Shown here piece after piece: positions 10,767 through 19,788 of a DNA stretch of 64,000 nt (positions within the stretch are counted from its first letter, which is position 1; each line of letters opens with the position of its first letter). The position numbers and the translations under genes were made by a program. Below the pieces are notes generated by a model. That model saw nothing but the letters and a program-made list of their open reading frames with translations. It was not told the DNA's origin and ran no database searches. This stretch comes from an uncultured Lentisphaeria bacterium. GTDB lineage: Bacteria; Verrucomicrobiota; Lentisphaeria; Victivallales; UBA1829. The stretch is from contig CASEFP010000157.1 in NCBI GenBank assembly GCA_949287225.1, positions 175 to 64,174 on the forward strand, read 5' to 3'.

Positions 10767-10790
10767 GTTTACTACTCCTGTTGAGTTTGA

Positions 10791-11537
10791 TTATTCTGTT
10801 TTAAACCAGGGCGCCAGCTTGATGTCGCTGTTCTGGAAGATTTTCTTGCGCGGGCTGAGGGCGACTTTGCTCCCGTCCGGCAGGGACGCGGGTGCCGCAT
10901 CCGCATGTCCGTCAAGCCAGGAGATGTTGATGATGCCGCCGTGCCGGACCATGAAAGCCTGGGTATTGGCCAGAATCGGCCGCTGATAGGCGTCCGCCAT
11001 CAGCAATACACGCGAGGCTTCCCGGAAAGAACCTATCTTCCGCATCGGCACGTTCTCGCCGTAGGAGCTCCCGTCATGCCGCGTTCCCGCCGGACAGGCA
11101 AGAGCATTGGTTCCGTAGCTGAAAGTAATGCTGACCGTTCCGGAGGAATAATACCAGGGTTTATACGGAGAAGCTGCGGAAATATAACCGTAGTCCGTAA
11201 AGGAGGTTGTTTCGCCGCGCTCGCAGTACAGGGTGTATCTCCGTTTTTTCACCGCGCTTTCCGGGATTTTCATATAATTGATGATCTGAATATAATTAAA
11301 TAGGATCGGTCCGCTGTCGCCCTCATCCTTCGGACCAATCGGCATGAGCCATTCCTGATAATCCGAGGCATACATTTGAAAAACAAGTCCGCTCTGACGC
11401 AGATTGCCCTTGCAGGAAATCCCATGGCCCTTTTTCCGCGCACTCTGGAGAGCGGGAAGAAACATTGACGCCAGAATTGCGATGATCGCTATAACAACCA
11501 GGAGTTCTATCAATGTAAATGAATTCCTGCGGGACAT
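10791..11537 (-). CDS. Prepilin-type N-terminal cleavage/methylation protein, DUF1559 (H-X9-DG) family
   Basis: Start refined to the ATG at 11537 ([37 protein letters not shown]). This is a classic type IV pilin-like N-terminus. The C-terminal motif [15 protein letters not shown] fits H-X9-DG. The longer ORF-track start (11738) would overlap the LacI gene. Confidence 0.8.
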   Translation of the reverse strand: MSRRNSFTLIELLVVIAIIAILASMFLPALQSARKKGHGISCKGNLRQSGLVFQMYASDYQEWLMPIGPKDEGDSGPILFNYIQIINYMKIPESAVKKRRYTLYCERGETTSFTDYGYISAASPYKPWYYSSGTVSITFSYGTNALACPAGTRHDGSSYGENVPMRKIGSFREASRVLLMADAYQRPILANTQAFMVRHGGIINISWLDGHADAAPASLPDGSKVALSPRKKIFQNSDIKLAPWFKTE

Positions 11538-11688
11538 CCGTGTCCGCGATGCATCCGTGCAGGGACACGCGCCGCGGCATTCCGGAAACGGGAAAAACAT
11601 ATGGACATGCTTTCGGAAACAAAGCACCCGCATTGTGCCGGAACAGGCGGATCGGAAGGTGTCCGGTTCTCCTGTCCCGAGATTTCGA

Positions 11689-12795
11689 TCATGAAACGGC
11701 ATATTGAAAACCTCCCTGTTTTCTGGTGGATTGTTCATGAAAACTGTCCAGTTCCCGGTAGTTCTGCCGAATGTGAAAAATTTTCCGTTCGCCTGGATTC
11801 AGGCACATTTCAACAGCCTTCCGTCCGATTTCCGCAGCCTCCAGCGGATAACAGGACAACCGGGGAAAAATCAGCGATGGCAGGATATAATCGTCACTGC
11901 AGGAAAGAATCGCAATATCCTCCGGGATCCGTTTTCCATGATCGCGGCAGTAGAGCCCCACGCCATAGGCAAGGGAATTGGAACTTGCCAGAAGCGCATC
12001 TGGCCAGTCATATGATTTCAGGATCCCCTCCGCCTGTGCATAAGAGGTCTCCAGTGCGGACGCCTTGTAGGAAGATGTGTTCCCGTTTCCCATGATTCCG
12101 AGATGGATGGCGATAACCCGTTCCTTAAGTCCGGCATTGCGCATGACACCGGCATAGCTGAGATATTCCGCATGGGAAGAGGGTCCTGCCAGCGGATCGT
12201 CATAGTTTTCATACGTCAGGAAGAAGATTTTCCGACGTCCTGCTTTCAGCAGCTGTTCTGTCGCCATTCTGCCGATTTCCCCGCAGTCGCGTGTTACACC
12301 GGGAAGACCGGAGCAGATGGTTCCGAGCAGAACAACGGGCATTCCATCTCCGGCGATTTTCTCATACTCAGCAGCGTTGGTGACATTGCCGTTCATGAAC
12401 GGGGTTGCAATGATTCCGTCGACCTGGCGATCAAGAGCGGCCCGGAGATTGATCCGTTCCTCCTCCAGCGATTCGCAAGGATACACTACCAGAGAGTAAT
12501 CGGCTTTTCTGCACGCGTTTTGTATGCTGCGCAGCATTCGGGTGGACAATCCCCAGCTTCCGCCGCCCGTGCACAGATAGGCAAGGAGAAAAGATTTGTG
12601 TTCATGCAGACTGCGCGCAATCAGATTCGGTTTATAATGGATCGCCTGCGCAACAGATAAAACATGACGGCGCGTTTTTTCCGAAACACGCGTTGTTCCT
12701 GTGCGGCCGGACAATACAATACTTACCACACTCTTGGACACCTGAGCGCGTTCTGCCACATCATTGATGGTAATTTTCCTGGTTCCCATAGGCAT
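11689..12795 (-). CDS. LacI family transcriptional regulator
   Basis: N-terminal HTH ([23 protein letters not shown]...KPNLIARSL) followed by a periplasmic-binding-protein-like sugar-binding fold. Confidence 0.85.
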   Translation of the reverse strand: MPMGTRKITINDVAERAQVSKSVVSIVLSGRTGTTRVSEKTRRHVLSVAQAIHYKPNLIARSLHEHKSFLLAYLCTGGGSWGLSTRMLRSIQNACRKADYSLVVYPCESLEEERINLRAALDRQVDGIIATPFMNGNVTNAAEYEKIAGDGMPVVLLGTICSGLPGVTRDCGEIGRMATEQLLKAGRRKIFFLTYENYDDPLAGPSSHAEYLSYAGVMRNAGLKERVIAIHLGIMGNGNTSSYKASALETSYAQAEGILKSYDWPDALLASSNSLAYGVGLYCRDHGKRIPEDIAILSCSDDYILPSLIFPRLSCYPLEAAEIGRKAVEMCLNPGERKIFHIRQNYRELDSFHEQSTRKQGGFQYAVS

Positions 12796-12814
12796 GCATC
12801 ACAGCCAGTCTTTA

Positions 12815-12832
12815 TGATTAACCGTTTCATCA
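12815..12832 (-). promoter_or_regulatory. Candidate LacI-family operator (imperfect palindrome with central CG)
   Basis: TGATTAACCGTTTCATCA has 7 of 9 symmetric pairs and a central CG, as in LacI-family operators. It lies just downstream of the predicted -10 and about 20 nt upstream of the LacI start. Confidence 0.4.
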
Positions 12833-12835
12833 TTA

Positions 12836-12863
12836 ATTATAAACAAATTTCTGTTTTTGTCAA
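12836..12863 (-). promoter_or_regulatory. Sigma70-type promoter for the LacI gene
   Basis: The minus strand reads TTGACA-16 nt-TATAAT (TTGACA = 12863..12858, TATAAT = 12841..12836). Confidence 0.55.
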
Positions 12864-13374
12864 GATGAGAAAAGAAAAATCAGAATTTTTTTTAGGTTCA
12901 GTATGATGCGTCTCCGGAATAACGGCAGCAGCAGTAGCTGTTGCGGCAGATTCAGAAAGAAGGCCCGGGGCATTCTGGTCCAAATCCTCTGCGTGAAATC
13001 CTGTGCCCCACCTTCAAACGCCTTGCGATCTTCAGGTGTGAACTCACAGCTTTTCGCGGCGGCAGTCTCCGGACTTTTCTGCCCGACGGCTTTCCCCAGT
13101 TTCTGCAGTTCCTCAACCATTGCCTTGCCGCTCTTCAGTGCCTCATAGAAATTTCTGACGTTTTCTTTGCTCCCCCTGCACCTTCTGTTGGTTTTCTGTT
13201 CCTCAAAAAGCGGACGATATCCGGGGACAGCGTTTCTCCGGCTGCGTGGAACTGATTGAAAGTTTCCCGGTCTAGCTCCTTTATTTCCATTTCCGATTCT
13301 CCCGCCAGACATGGCATTTCTGGCAGTTCCTCATGAAAGGCCTCTGCCACTTTTTCATTGAAGACGTCCATCAT
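12860..13374 (-). pseudogene. Possible frameshifted small acidic protein gene (two overlapping ORFs in different frames)
   Basis: The 79-aa ORF (13374..13135, MMDVFNEKVAEAFHEELPEM...) and the 150-aa ORF (13312..12860) each look protein-like over only part of their length. They could be joined by a 1-nt indel at a T5 run (minus-strand cgc ttt ttg, plus coordinates ~13210). The tail of the second ORF runs through the LacI promoter. The gene may be decayed, or this may be an assembly indel. Confidence 0.3.
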
Positions 13375-13832
13375 TTCATTTTTACCATTTTCATATTGTG
13401 ACCTCTCCCTGAAAGCATTTCAGAAGCAAAACAGTTGTATTGGAAATGAAAAATTTGTGACGATATGAGTTGTCTGACAAAGAACCATCGGACTTCCGCT
13501 TCAAGTTTATGCAAAATCCAACACATAAGAAAGAATGATACAGAACGAAACCAGTATGATCTTGTCGTTTTGTCAAAGGGAGGAGAGATTTTCCCCGATG
13601 AAGTGATTCTCTGACTGGCGGACACGCGTGAATGCAAGGTAATTTCCGAAATGGTGAAGCGCGCTCATTGAAGAGCGTCCTCTCCTGTATAGCAGATTAT
13701 CTTCCGCTGCATCCATGAAAAATTTTTCCAGGAAAAACCATGATTCGGTTTTCCCCTTGCTGGAATTGTAGAAAGCAGGATGTAATTTACCGTCATGCGC
13801 GATAACGGCAACCTAAGTCAGGGAGAAAAAAA

Positions 13833-15059
13833 ATGGCTCGTTCACAGGAAGAAATCTTGAAGGACATCAATTATGATGAATCGAAAGTTCCCGTCTATAC
13901 TCTTCCCTCGCCGCTGGACCGCCCCGGCGGCGGACGCGTCACAAGCGCGTATGAATGGGTAAACCGCCGTCGCGGAGAGGTGCTCGATTTCTACAAAAAG
14001 GAGGTCTACGGGCAGCTTCCCCCGCGGCCGGATAAAATGTGGTTTGAAACGCTTTCGGTCCGCAGGGATGCGCTCGACAACACGGCAGTCCGCAAGGAAA
14101 TCCGGATTCATCTTGAAATGAACAACGGCAGATCGCACTCTTTTGTCATGCTTCTCTACATTCCCCGGAATCTCCGGGAGCCCGCCCCGGTGTTTCTCGG
14201 ACTCAATTTCAAAGGCAATCATGCGACAACTGATGAAACGGACGTCATGATGACCGGGAGAAATATCGCGGGCGAACTTGTGGAGCCCGATGGGCACGCC
14301 GTTCAGGTCCACCGCTGGCAGTTCCGCGAAACCATACGGCGCGGATATGCCTCCGCAACGGTCTGCTATCATGACATTTATCCGGACTGCTACAGCGCGG
14401 ATGGATGGCATCACAGTGTCTATGATCTTTTCTATCCGGACGAAAATGCGGAGGAAATTCATGCACACGGATCCTCGATCAGCGCCTGGGCATGGGGACT
14501 TTCCCGAATGCTGGATGCGCTGGAAAACGAACCGGCTGTCAACCCGGCAAAAGCAGCTGTCCATGGACACTCCCGCCTCGGCAAGACATCCCTCTGGGCC
14601 GGAGCCACGGATACGCGTTTCCGCCTTGTCATCTCGAATGATTCCGGCTGCGGCGGCGCGGCACTTTTCAAACGCTGTTTCGGCGAAAATCTGGAAGCCA
14701 TTCTCAGACCGGTACCCTACTGGTTCGTCAAAAACCTGCAGCAGTACATCAACAATGAAGCGGCGCTGCCGTTCGACCAGCACTGGCTGATCTCACTGGT
14801 TGCCCCGCGCCCGGTCTGCATCGCAAGCGCAACAGAGGATCTTTGGGCGGATCCGAAAGGGGAGTTCCTTTCCGGCGTCCATGCTTCGGAGGTCTATCGC
14901 CTTTTCGGAGCGGAAGGGCTCGGCACGGAGACAATGCCGCCTCCGGATCAGCCGATCACCGGCGAAATCAGCTACCATCTGCGGACCGGGAAACATGACC
15001 AGACACTGGAGGACTGGCTCCATTACTGGACGCTCGCCGACAGATTGTTCCGTCCATAA
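13833..15059 (+). CDS. CE15-like glucuronoyl esterase (alpha/beta hydrolase)
   Basis: 408 aa. The nucleophile motif GHSRLGKTSLWAG matches the CE15 G-x-S-R-x-G-K signature as I remember it. There is a C-terminal His region (HLRTGKHDQT). The RBS is GGGAGA. No signal peptide is visible. Confidence 0.65.
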   Translation: MARSQEEILKDINYDESKVPVYTLPSPLDRPGGGRVTSAYEWVNRRRGEVLDFYKKEVYGQLPPRPDKMWFETLSVRRDALDNTAVRKEIRIHLEMNNGRSHSFVMLLYIPRNLREPAPVFLGLNFKGNHATTDETDVMMTGRNIAGELVEPDGHAVQVHRWQFRETIRRGYASATVCYHDIYPDCYSADGWHHSVYDLFYPDENAEEIHAHGSSISAWAWGLSRMLDALENEPAVNPAKAAVHGHSRLGKTSLWAGATDTRFRLVISNDSGCGGAALFKRCFGENLEAILRPVPYWFVKNLQQYINNEAALPFDQHWLISLVAPRPVCIASATEDLWADPKGEFLSGVHASEVYRLFGAEGLGTETMPPPDQPITGEISYHLRTGKHDQTLEDWLHYWTLADRLFRP

Positions 15060-15253
15060 ACCCCGGATAAGATCAGGAGAAAAAGCATCTCCCGTCCGCT
15101 CCATTTCTCCTCACAGGCGAATCTCCGGAAGGAAATCCGCCGGATTCCACAGGAAACTTCCGCCCGTTTTTCCATCCGGGGGAAACATGCCGCCGGAATC
15201 TCAAGGTGCATGTGCCGATTATCAGGATCCGGAACATTTCCGTCCCGGCAGTA

Positions 15254-15290
15254 CAAAAAAACTCCGCGGCAGGATGCGGCGGAGTTTTTT
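15254..15290. terminator. Bidirectional intrinsic terminator between the convergent CE15 and rpsT genes
   Basis: AAAAAAACTCCGC-loop-GCGGAGTTTTTT: a 7-bp GC-rich stem (15261-15267 / 15279-15285) flanked by an A-tract and a T-tract. Confidence 0.7.
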
Positions 15291-15314
15291 ACAGAACAGA
15301 TTGCCTGTTCCCGC

Positions 15315-15620
15315 TCATGACGCGGGAGCTTCGGCCTTCTTCGCAATGCTGTTGACCAGGGAAGCAAGACGGGATTTCTTTCTGTCCGCCTTGTTTTTAT
15401 GGAATGTGCCGGATTTGACAGCCTTGTCGAGAGCGGCATACTGGGTTTTGAGAAGCGCGGCGGCTCCGTCCTTGTCACCGGCGGCAACTGCGGCACGAAG
15501 TTTCTTTTCCTGCGTGCTGATCGCGTTTCTGCGGGATTTATGTCTGACACGCGCTCTTTCGCTCTGCTTGTGGGTCTTGACAGCGGACTTTCTCACAAGT
15601 ACTTTTTTCTTTTCAGCCAT
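15315..15620 (-). CDS. rpsT: 30S ribosomal protein S20
   Basis: Basic 101-aa protein: MAEKKKVLVRKSAVKTHKQSERARVRHKSRRNAISTQEKKLR...KSGTFHKNKADRKKSRL. This is typical of S20. Confidence 0.9.
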   Translation of the reverse strand: MAEKKKVLVRKSAVKTHKQSERARVRHKSRRNAISTQEKKLRAAVAAGDKDGAAALLKTQYAALDKAVKSGTFHKNKADRKKSRLASLVNSIAKKAEAPAS

Positions 15621-15769
15621 TTCAAAAATCCTTTCCGTTTATGATAAGACTGCATTATTGCTATTTCAAAATATATAATATAGCCCGCAGTGGCACTGCT
15701 TTTCAAGTCTGAATGGCTAAAATTTACGGAAAAAAAGTTTCCTATTTCATAAAATCACTCCAAAAGTGC

Positions 15770-15798
15770 TTGAAGATCACGGGGAAAGGATGTAGATT
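15770..15798 (+). promoter_or_regulatory. Candidate sigma70-type promoter of the nusA leader
   Basis: TTGAAG (15770-15775), 17-nt spacer, TAGATT (15793-15798). Confidence 0.4.
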
Positions 15799-15852
15799 AC
15801 CGTTGAAATTATACTGGTTGCCTGTCCCCGGCTTGTCGAATACGGGGAAATC

Positions 15853-15887
15853 AGGCGGGTTTCACCAAAAGACCCGCCTTATTTTTT
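15853..15887 (+). terminator. Intrinsic terminator / attenuator inside the nusA 5' leader
   Basis: AGGCGGGT (15853-15860), 11-nt loop, ACCCGCCT (15872-15879), then TATTTTTT. It lies 46 nt upstream of the nusA ATG and is preceded by a second hairpin, TCCCCG...CGGGGA (15825-15848). Confidence 0.6.
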
Positions 15888-15932
15888 GGCAACGTTGGAT
15901 GGAAAAATTTTAACAGCCAGGAGGCGGCGGTT

Positions 15933-17210
15933 ATGAACAGTGAACTTCTTGCAACTCTTGAGTATATTGAACAGGAACGCGGAATCAGCAAGGAACAGCT
16001 CGTGGATGCCGTCGAAAAGGCGATTCTGACGGCATCGCGCAAAAGCATTCACCCCGCATCCAATCTGGCGGTGAAGCTGGATCGCCACTCCGGCGAAATC
16101 AAGGCGTGGGCGAAACTGGAAGTCGTCGACACCTTTCCGAACAACGACCAGATCACGATCGAAAAGGCAAAGGAAAAATATCCGGATGCCAAACTCGGCG
16201 ACGTAATCGACTGGGAAGTTACGCCCAAGAACTTCGGGCGCATCGCGGCTCAGACCGCGCGCCAGGCGATTCTTCAGCAGCTGCGCAAAGCGGAAAAGGC
16301 GATCGTCAAAGAGGAGTATGACGAGAAGGTGGGCGAGATCGTCAACGGCGTCGTGAAGCGGATCGAATCCGGCGCGATCATCGTCGATCTTCAGAAGTCC
16401 GAAGGGATCATCGCGGCAAAGGACAAGGTCCCGGGCGAGCAGTACATGGTCGGAGAGCGCATCAACGCATTGCTGGTCAAAGTGGATACCCTGGTATCCG
16501 GGCCGAGCCTGATTCTCTCCCGTTCCAATCCGGGTTTTGTCCGGAAACTTTTCGAACGCGAGGTTTCCGAAATCCATGACGGCGTTGTGGAAATCGCCGG
16601 AATCGCCCGCGAAGCCGGAATGCGCACGAAAATCGCGGTCCGCAGCAACGATCCGCGCATCGACCCTGTCGGAGCGTGTGTCGGCATGCGCGGCATGCGC
16701 GTCCGCAACATCACAAGCGAACTGGGCAATGAGCGTGTTGACATCATCCGCTACGAGGATGACATCAAGACCTATGCGGCAAACGCGCTGCATCCGGCGA
16801 AACTTGAGTCGATCAGCGTCGATGAGGACCGCAGAATGCTGACGATCCGCGTCAATGCGGAGAACTCCCGCCTGGCATTCGGCAAAAAAGCCCAGAATGT
16901 GCGCCTTGCACAGAAATTGATCGGCTGGAACATCAATTTCGTAACCGATGACGATGTCAGGGAAGATTCCTTCGAGGAAAAAAAGACCCAGTGCATTTCC
17001 CAGCTCTCCGCTGAACTCGCAATCGCGCCTGAAAAGGCGGAAATCCTTGTCAACAACGGATATCTGACTCTTGAAGGACTGAAAACGGCGGGGATTGCCG
17101 ACATTGCCGCGATCAAGGGAATCGACGAAGCGACTGTGAATGCGATTTCAGAAAGGCTGGCGAAGATCAATCAGACATCGGACGGAGCTTCCGACGGGAA
17201 ACAGCAGTAA
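15933..17210 (+). CDS. nusA: Transcription termination/antitermination factor NusA
   Basis: 425 aa. N-terminus is MNSELLATLEYIEQERGISKEQLVDAVEKAI. The layout is S1/KH-like and the RBS is AGGAGG. Confidence 0.95.
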   Translation: MNSELLATLEYIEQERGISKEQLVDAVEKAILTASRKSIHPASNLAVKLDRHSGEIKAWAKLEVVDTFPNNDQITIEKAKEKYPDAKLGDVIDWEVTPKNFGRIAAQTARQAILQQLRKAEKAIVKEEYDEKVGEIVNGVVKRIESGAIIVDLQKSEGIIAAKDKVPGEQYMVGERINALLVKVDTLVSGPSLILSRSNPGFVRKLFEREVSEIHDGVVEIAGIAREAGMRTKIAVRSNDPRIDPVGACVGMRGMRVRNITSELGNERVDIIRYEDDIKTYAANALHPAKLESISVDEDRRMLTIRVNAENSRLAFGKKAQNVRLAQKLIGWNINFVTDDDVREDSFEEKKTQCISQLSAELAIAPEKAEILVNNGYLTLEGLKTAGIADIAAIKGIDEATVNAISERLAKINQTSDGASDGKQQ

Positions 17211-17284
17211 TCGTCTGCCGGACAGATTGTTGCATATTTCAGATTCAGTTACCGGCAAAACGCCAACGCTTGTAAGGGATTTTC

Positions 17285-19321
17285 ATGGGAACAAAAAGTA
17301 TCAAAGTCAAAACGCTTGCGGATAAATATGGCGTCTCTGTCAAAGAGATCCTGAAAAAACTTGAGTCGCAGGGATTCGGCGACGATGTAAAAAACGCCAA
17401 CTCTGAAATTCCGCCGGATGCCGTGGAACTCGTGAAATCCTATTTCGATGAGCTGATGGCGAAAAAAGGCCGCACCTCCAGGGACTCGGGAAAAACGAAG
17501 AATACAGCTTCCACTCCGGCGGGGGGAAAACAGGAGGTCCACATCAAGGGCCCGATCATCGTAAAGACGCTGGCGGAAGCTCTTGGCAAACGTCCGAACG
17601 AAGTCATCACCAATCTGATGATGATGAACGTGCTGGCCAGCATCAACCAGATGCTCGATCCCGCCGTTGCCGTCGAACTTGCCTCGAAAATGGGATTCAG
17701 CCTGATCATCGACAAGCGTGAAAAAGAGGAACATGTTCAGAAGGAGTCCGACGCCCAGGTTCCGGAGTCGCCAGAAGAGATCGAATTCAAGGATAATCCG
17801 AAGGATATCGTGACGCGCCAGCCGATCGTAACCTTTATGGGGCACGTCGACCACGGCAAGACCTCGCTGCAGGACGCAATCCGCAAGACACGCGTCGCCG
17901 CCGGAGAAGCCGGCGGAATCACACAGCACATCGGCGCGTCGATCGCGCACTGCGGCAATAAATCCGTGACGTTCGTCGATACTCCGGGACACGAAGCATT
18001 TACGGCAATGCGTGCCCGCGGTGCAAATGTGACCGACATTGTCGTGCTGGTCGTCGCCGCGGACGACGGGTTCATGCCGCAGACGATCGAGGCGATGAAC
18101 CACGCAAAGGCGGCGAATGTGCCGATTATCGTGGCAATGAACAAGATTGATCTGCCGAACGCGAATCCGGACAAGGTGCTTCTGCATATGCAGCAGCACG
18201 GACTCATGCCCGAGGACTGGGGCGGAACAGTCGGCGTCGTCAAGGTTTCCGCCAAGACCGGCCAGGGCATTGACGATCTCCTCGAACGCATCCTTCTCGA
18301 AGCGGAAATGCTGGAACTCAAGGGCAATCCGAAACGGCCCGCAGAAGCGTTTGTGCTGGAATCCCAGCTGGAACAGGGCTACGGCCCCACCGCGAGCATT
18401 GTCGTCAAAAACGGCACACTCCATGTCGGGGATCCGATCCTCTGCGGAGAATATTACGGAAAAGTCAAGGGGCTGATTGATCACCGCGGCCAGCGCATCA
18501 AATCCGCGGGTCCCAGCACACCGGTGAAAATCGTCGGGCTGAGCGGCGTGCCGGACGCGGGAACGAAACTTGTGGTCTGCAAAAGTGAAAAAGAAGCCAA
18601 GGAGATCGGCGAAGCCAGAAGCGCAAGCAAGCGAGTGGAGGCGCTCTCCGGAAAAGGTGGCGGCATGACGCTTGACGATCTCTTCTCCAAGATGGAGAGC
18701 GGCAAGCGCAATACGCTCAAAGTCGTGGTAAAGACTGACGTCTGCGGCTCCTCCGAGGCAATCGTGGAATCCTTGAAAAAACTGCCTTCGGAAAAAATCA
18801 GCGTGGAGGTGCTTCACGCCGGAGTCGGCGCAATCACCGAAAACGACGTTCTGCTTGCGGCCTCCTCCGACGCAATTGTCATCGGTTTCCATGTGCGGGT
18901 CAACCCCGGCGTCAATGATCTGGCGAAAAAAGAGAATGTCGAGATCCGTCTTTACAGCATCATCTATGAACTGCTGGAGGACATCAAGGACGCGATGGCC
19001 GGCCGTCTGGAGCCGGACAAGCGGGAAAAGGAACTGGGCGTGGCGCATATTCTGAAAATCTTCGAACTTTCCAGAGGGCCGAAAATCTGCGGCTGCATGG
19101 TGGACAAGGGAGTCGTCAAGGTCGGCAGCAAGTCGCGTGTCTTCCGGAAGGGGGAACTGATCTTCAACGGCGAGGTCCGCTCGCTCCGGCGCTTCCAGGA
19201 TGATGTCAAGGAGGTGCGGCAGGGTATGGAATGCGGAATCAAACTGGACAATTTCCTTGATTTCGACGTCGGCGATGTGATCCAGTTCTATGAAATCGAA
19301 CTGAGAAAAGCGACACTCTGA
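17285..19321 (+). CDS. infB: Translation initiation factor IF-2
   Basis: 678 aa with G-domain motifs [20 protein letters not shown] and NKID. It lies immediately downstream of nusA. Confidence 0.95.
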   Translation: MGTKSIKVKTLADKYGVSVKEILKKLESQGFGDDVKNANSEIPPDAVELVKSYFDELMAKKGRTSRDSGKTKNTASTPAGGKQEVHIKGPIIVKTLAEALGKRPNEVITNLMMMNVLASINQMLDPAVAVELASKMGFSLIIDKREKEEHVQKESDAQVPESPEEIEFKDNPKDIVTRQPIVTFMGHVDHGKTSLQDAIRKTRVAAGEAGGITQHIGASIAHCGNKSVTFVDTPGHEAFTAMRARGANVTDIVVLVVAADDGFMPQTIEAMNHAKAANVPIIVAMNKIDLPNANPDKVLLHMQQHGLMPEDWGGTVGVVKVSAKTGQGIDDLLERILLEAEMLELKGNPKRPAEAFVLESQLEQGYGPTASIVVKNGTLHVGDPILCGEYYGKVKGLIDHRGQRIKSAGPSTPVKIVGLSGVPDAGTKLVVCKSEKEAKEIGEARSASKRVEALSGKGGGMTLDDLFSKMESGKRNTLKVVVKTDVCGSSEAIVESLKKLPSEKISVEVLHAGVGAITENDVLLAASSDAIVIGFHVRVNPGVNDLAKKENVEIRLYSIIYELLEDIKDAMAGRLEPDKREKELGVAHILKIFELSRGPKICGCMVDKGVVKVGSKSRVFRKGELIFNGEVRSLRRFQDDVKEVRQGMECGIKLDNFLDFDVGDVIQFYEIELRKATL

Positions 19322-19428
19322 TTTTCCCCCGAACCATTGTCCGCCGCCGGATGTCTGAGAAACGGGCGGCGAACGCTCTTCCCGTTCCGGAGGGGTTTCC
19401 GGGAAACGCATGAAATGGAGGTGTGTGA

Positions 19429-19788
19429 ATGGCTCAGCAGCATGACAGAATTGCGCGCGTCAACGAAATTCTGAAGCGCGAAATCGCTGATATTATGGAA
19501 AAAAACGGAATCGGCGGCGGCGACACCCTGGTATCCGTAACAAAAGTACATGCGTCCGAATCGCTTCGCAACGCCGCGGTGTACATCAGTATTTTCGGGG
19601 CCGGAAAGGAGCGGATTGCGGAAATTTTCCGGACCCTCAACAAATTGCGGCCGGAAATTCAGCACAATGTCTCCCGCCGCGTGATCCTCAAATACACCCC
19701 GGTGCTGCATTTCATCCATGACACCAACCTTGAGGAGGGTGACAAGGTCCTCTCCCTGATCCGGGAGCTGGAAGAAAATGAGCAATGA
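19429..19788 (+). CDS. rbfA: Ribosome-binding factor A
   Basis: 119 aa (RIARVNEILKREIADIM...), in the conserved position after infB. The RBS is GGAGG. Confidence 0.9.
   Translation: MAQQHDRIARVNEILKREIADIMEKNGIGGGDTLVSVTKVHASESLRNAAVYISIFGAGKERIAEIFRTLNKLRPEIQHNVSRRVILKYTPVLHFIHDTNLEEGDKVLSLIRELEENEQ

Noticed and set aside
11691-11699. A 9-mer (ATGAAACGG; CCGTTTCAT on the minus strand) identical to one arm of the candidate LacI operator, located at the LacI stop codon upstream of the DUF1559 gene.
   Set aside because: It is only a half-site with no symmetric partner. A single 9-mer match in 64 kb on both strands is close to chance expectation.
11538-11738. N-terminal extension of the DUF1559 ORF back to 11738, as given in the ORF track.
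   Set aside because: The extension overlaps the 3' end of the LacI gene and has Cys/Pro/Arg-rich junk composition. Prepilin-type proteins start a few residues before the FTLIELLVV segment, so ATG 11537 fits.
12860-13312. The idea that the Nif11-like stretch ending in Gly-Gly marks a RiPP precursor exported by the ABC/HlyD pair in this window.
   Set aside because: The ABC exporter (40837-42612) lacks the C39 peptidase domain needed for Gly-Gly leader cleavage and lies 27 kb away. The ORF has no in-frame start before the Nif11-like part, and its 'core' runs through a promoter.
15713-15913. 66-aa plus-strand ORF in the rpsT-nusA intergenic region.
   Set aside because: It has no RBS and odd composition. 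It reads straight through the promoter-like element and both leader hairpins, including the terminator.
17249-19411. 720-aa minus-strand ORF antisense to infB. Similar long antisense ORFs occur at 15879-16793 (versus nusA), 13842-14783 (versus CE15), 23711-25948, 26392-28794, 31165-32211, 33388-36234, 41143-43790, 47639-48820, 48842-50269, 51542-53626, 54270-56645 and 59684-60754.
   Set aside because: Each lies opposite a gene with unmistakable family motifs. Each also has the Arg/Gly/Phe/His-rich, low-complexity composition typical of shadow ORFs in GC-rich DNA.
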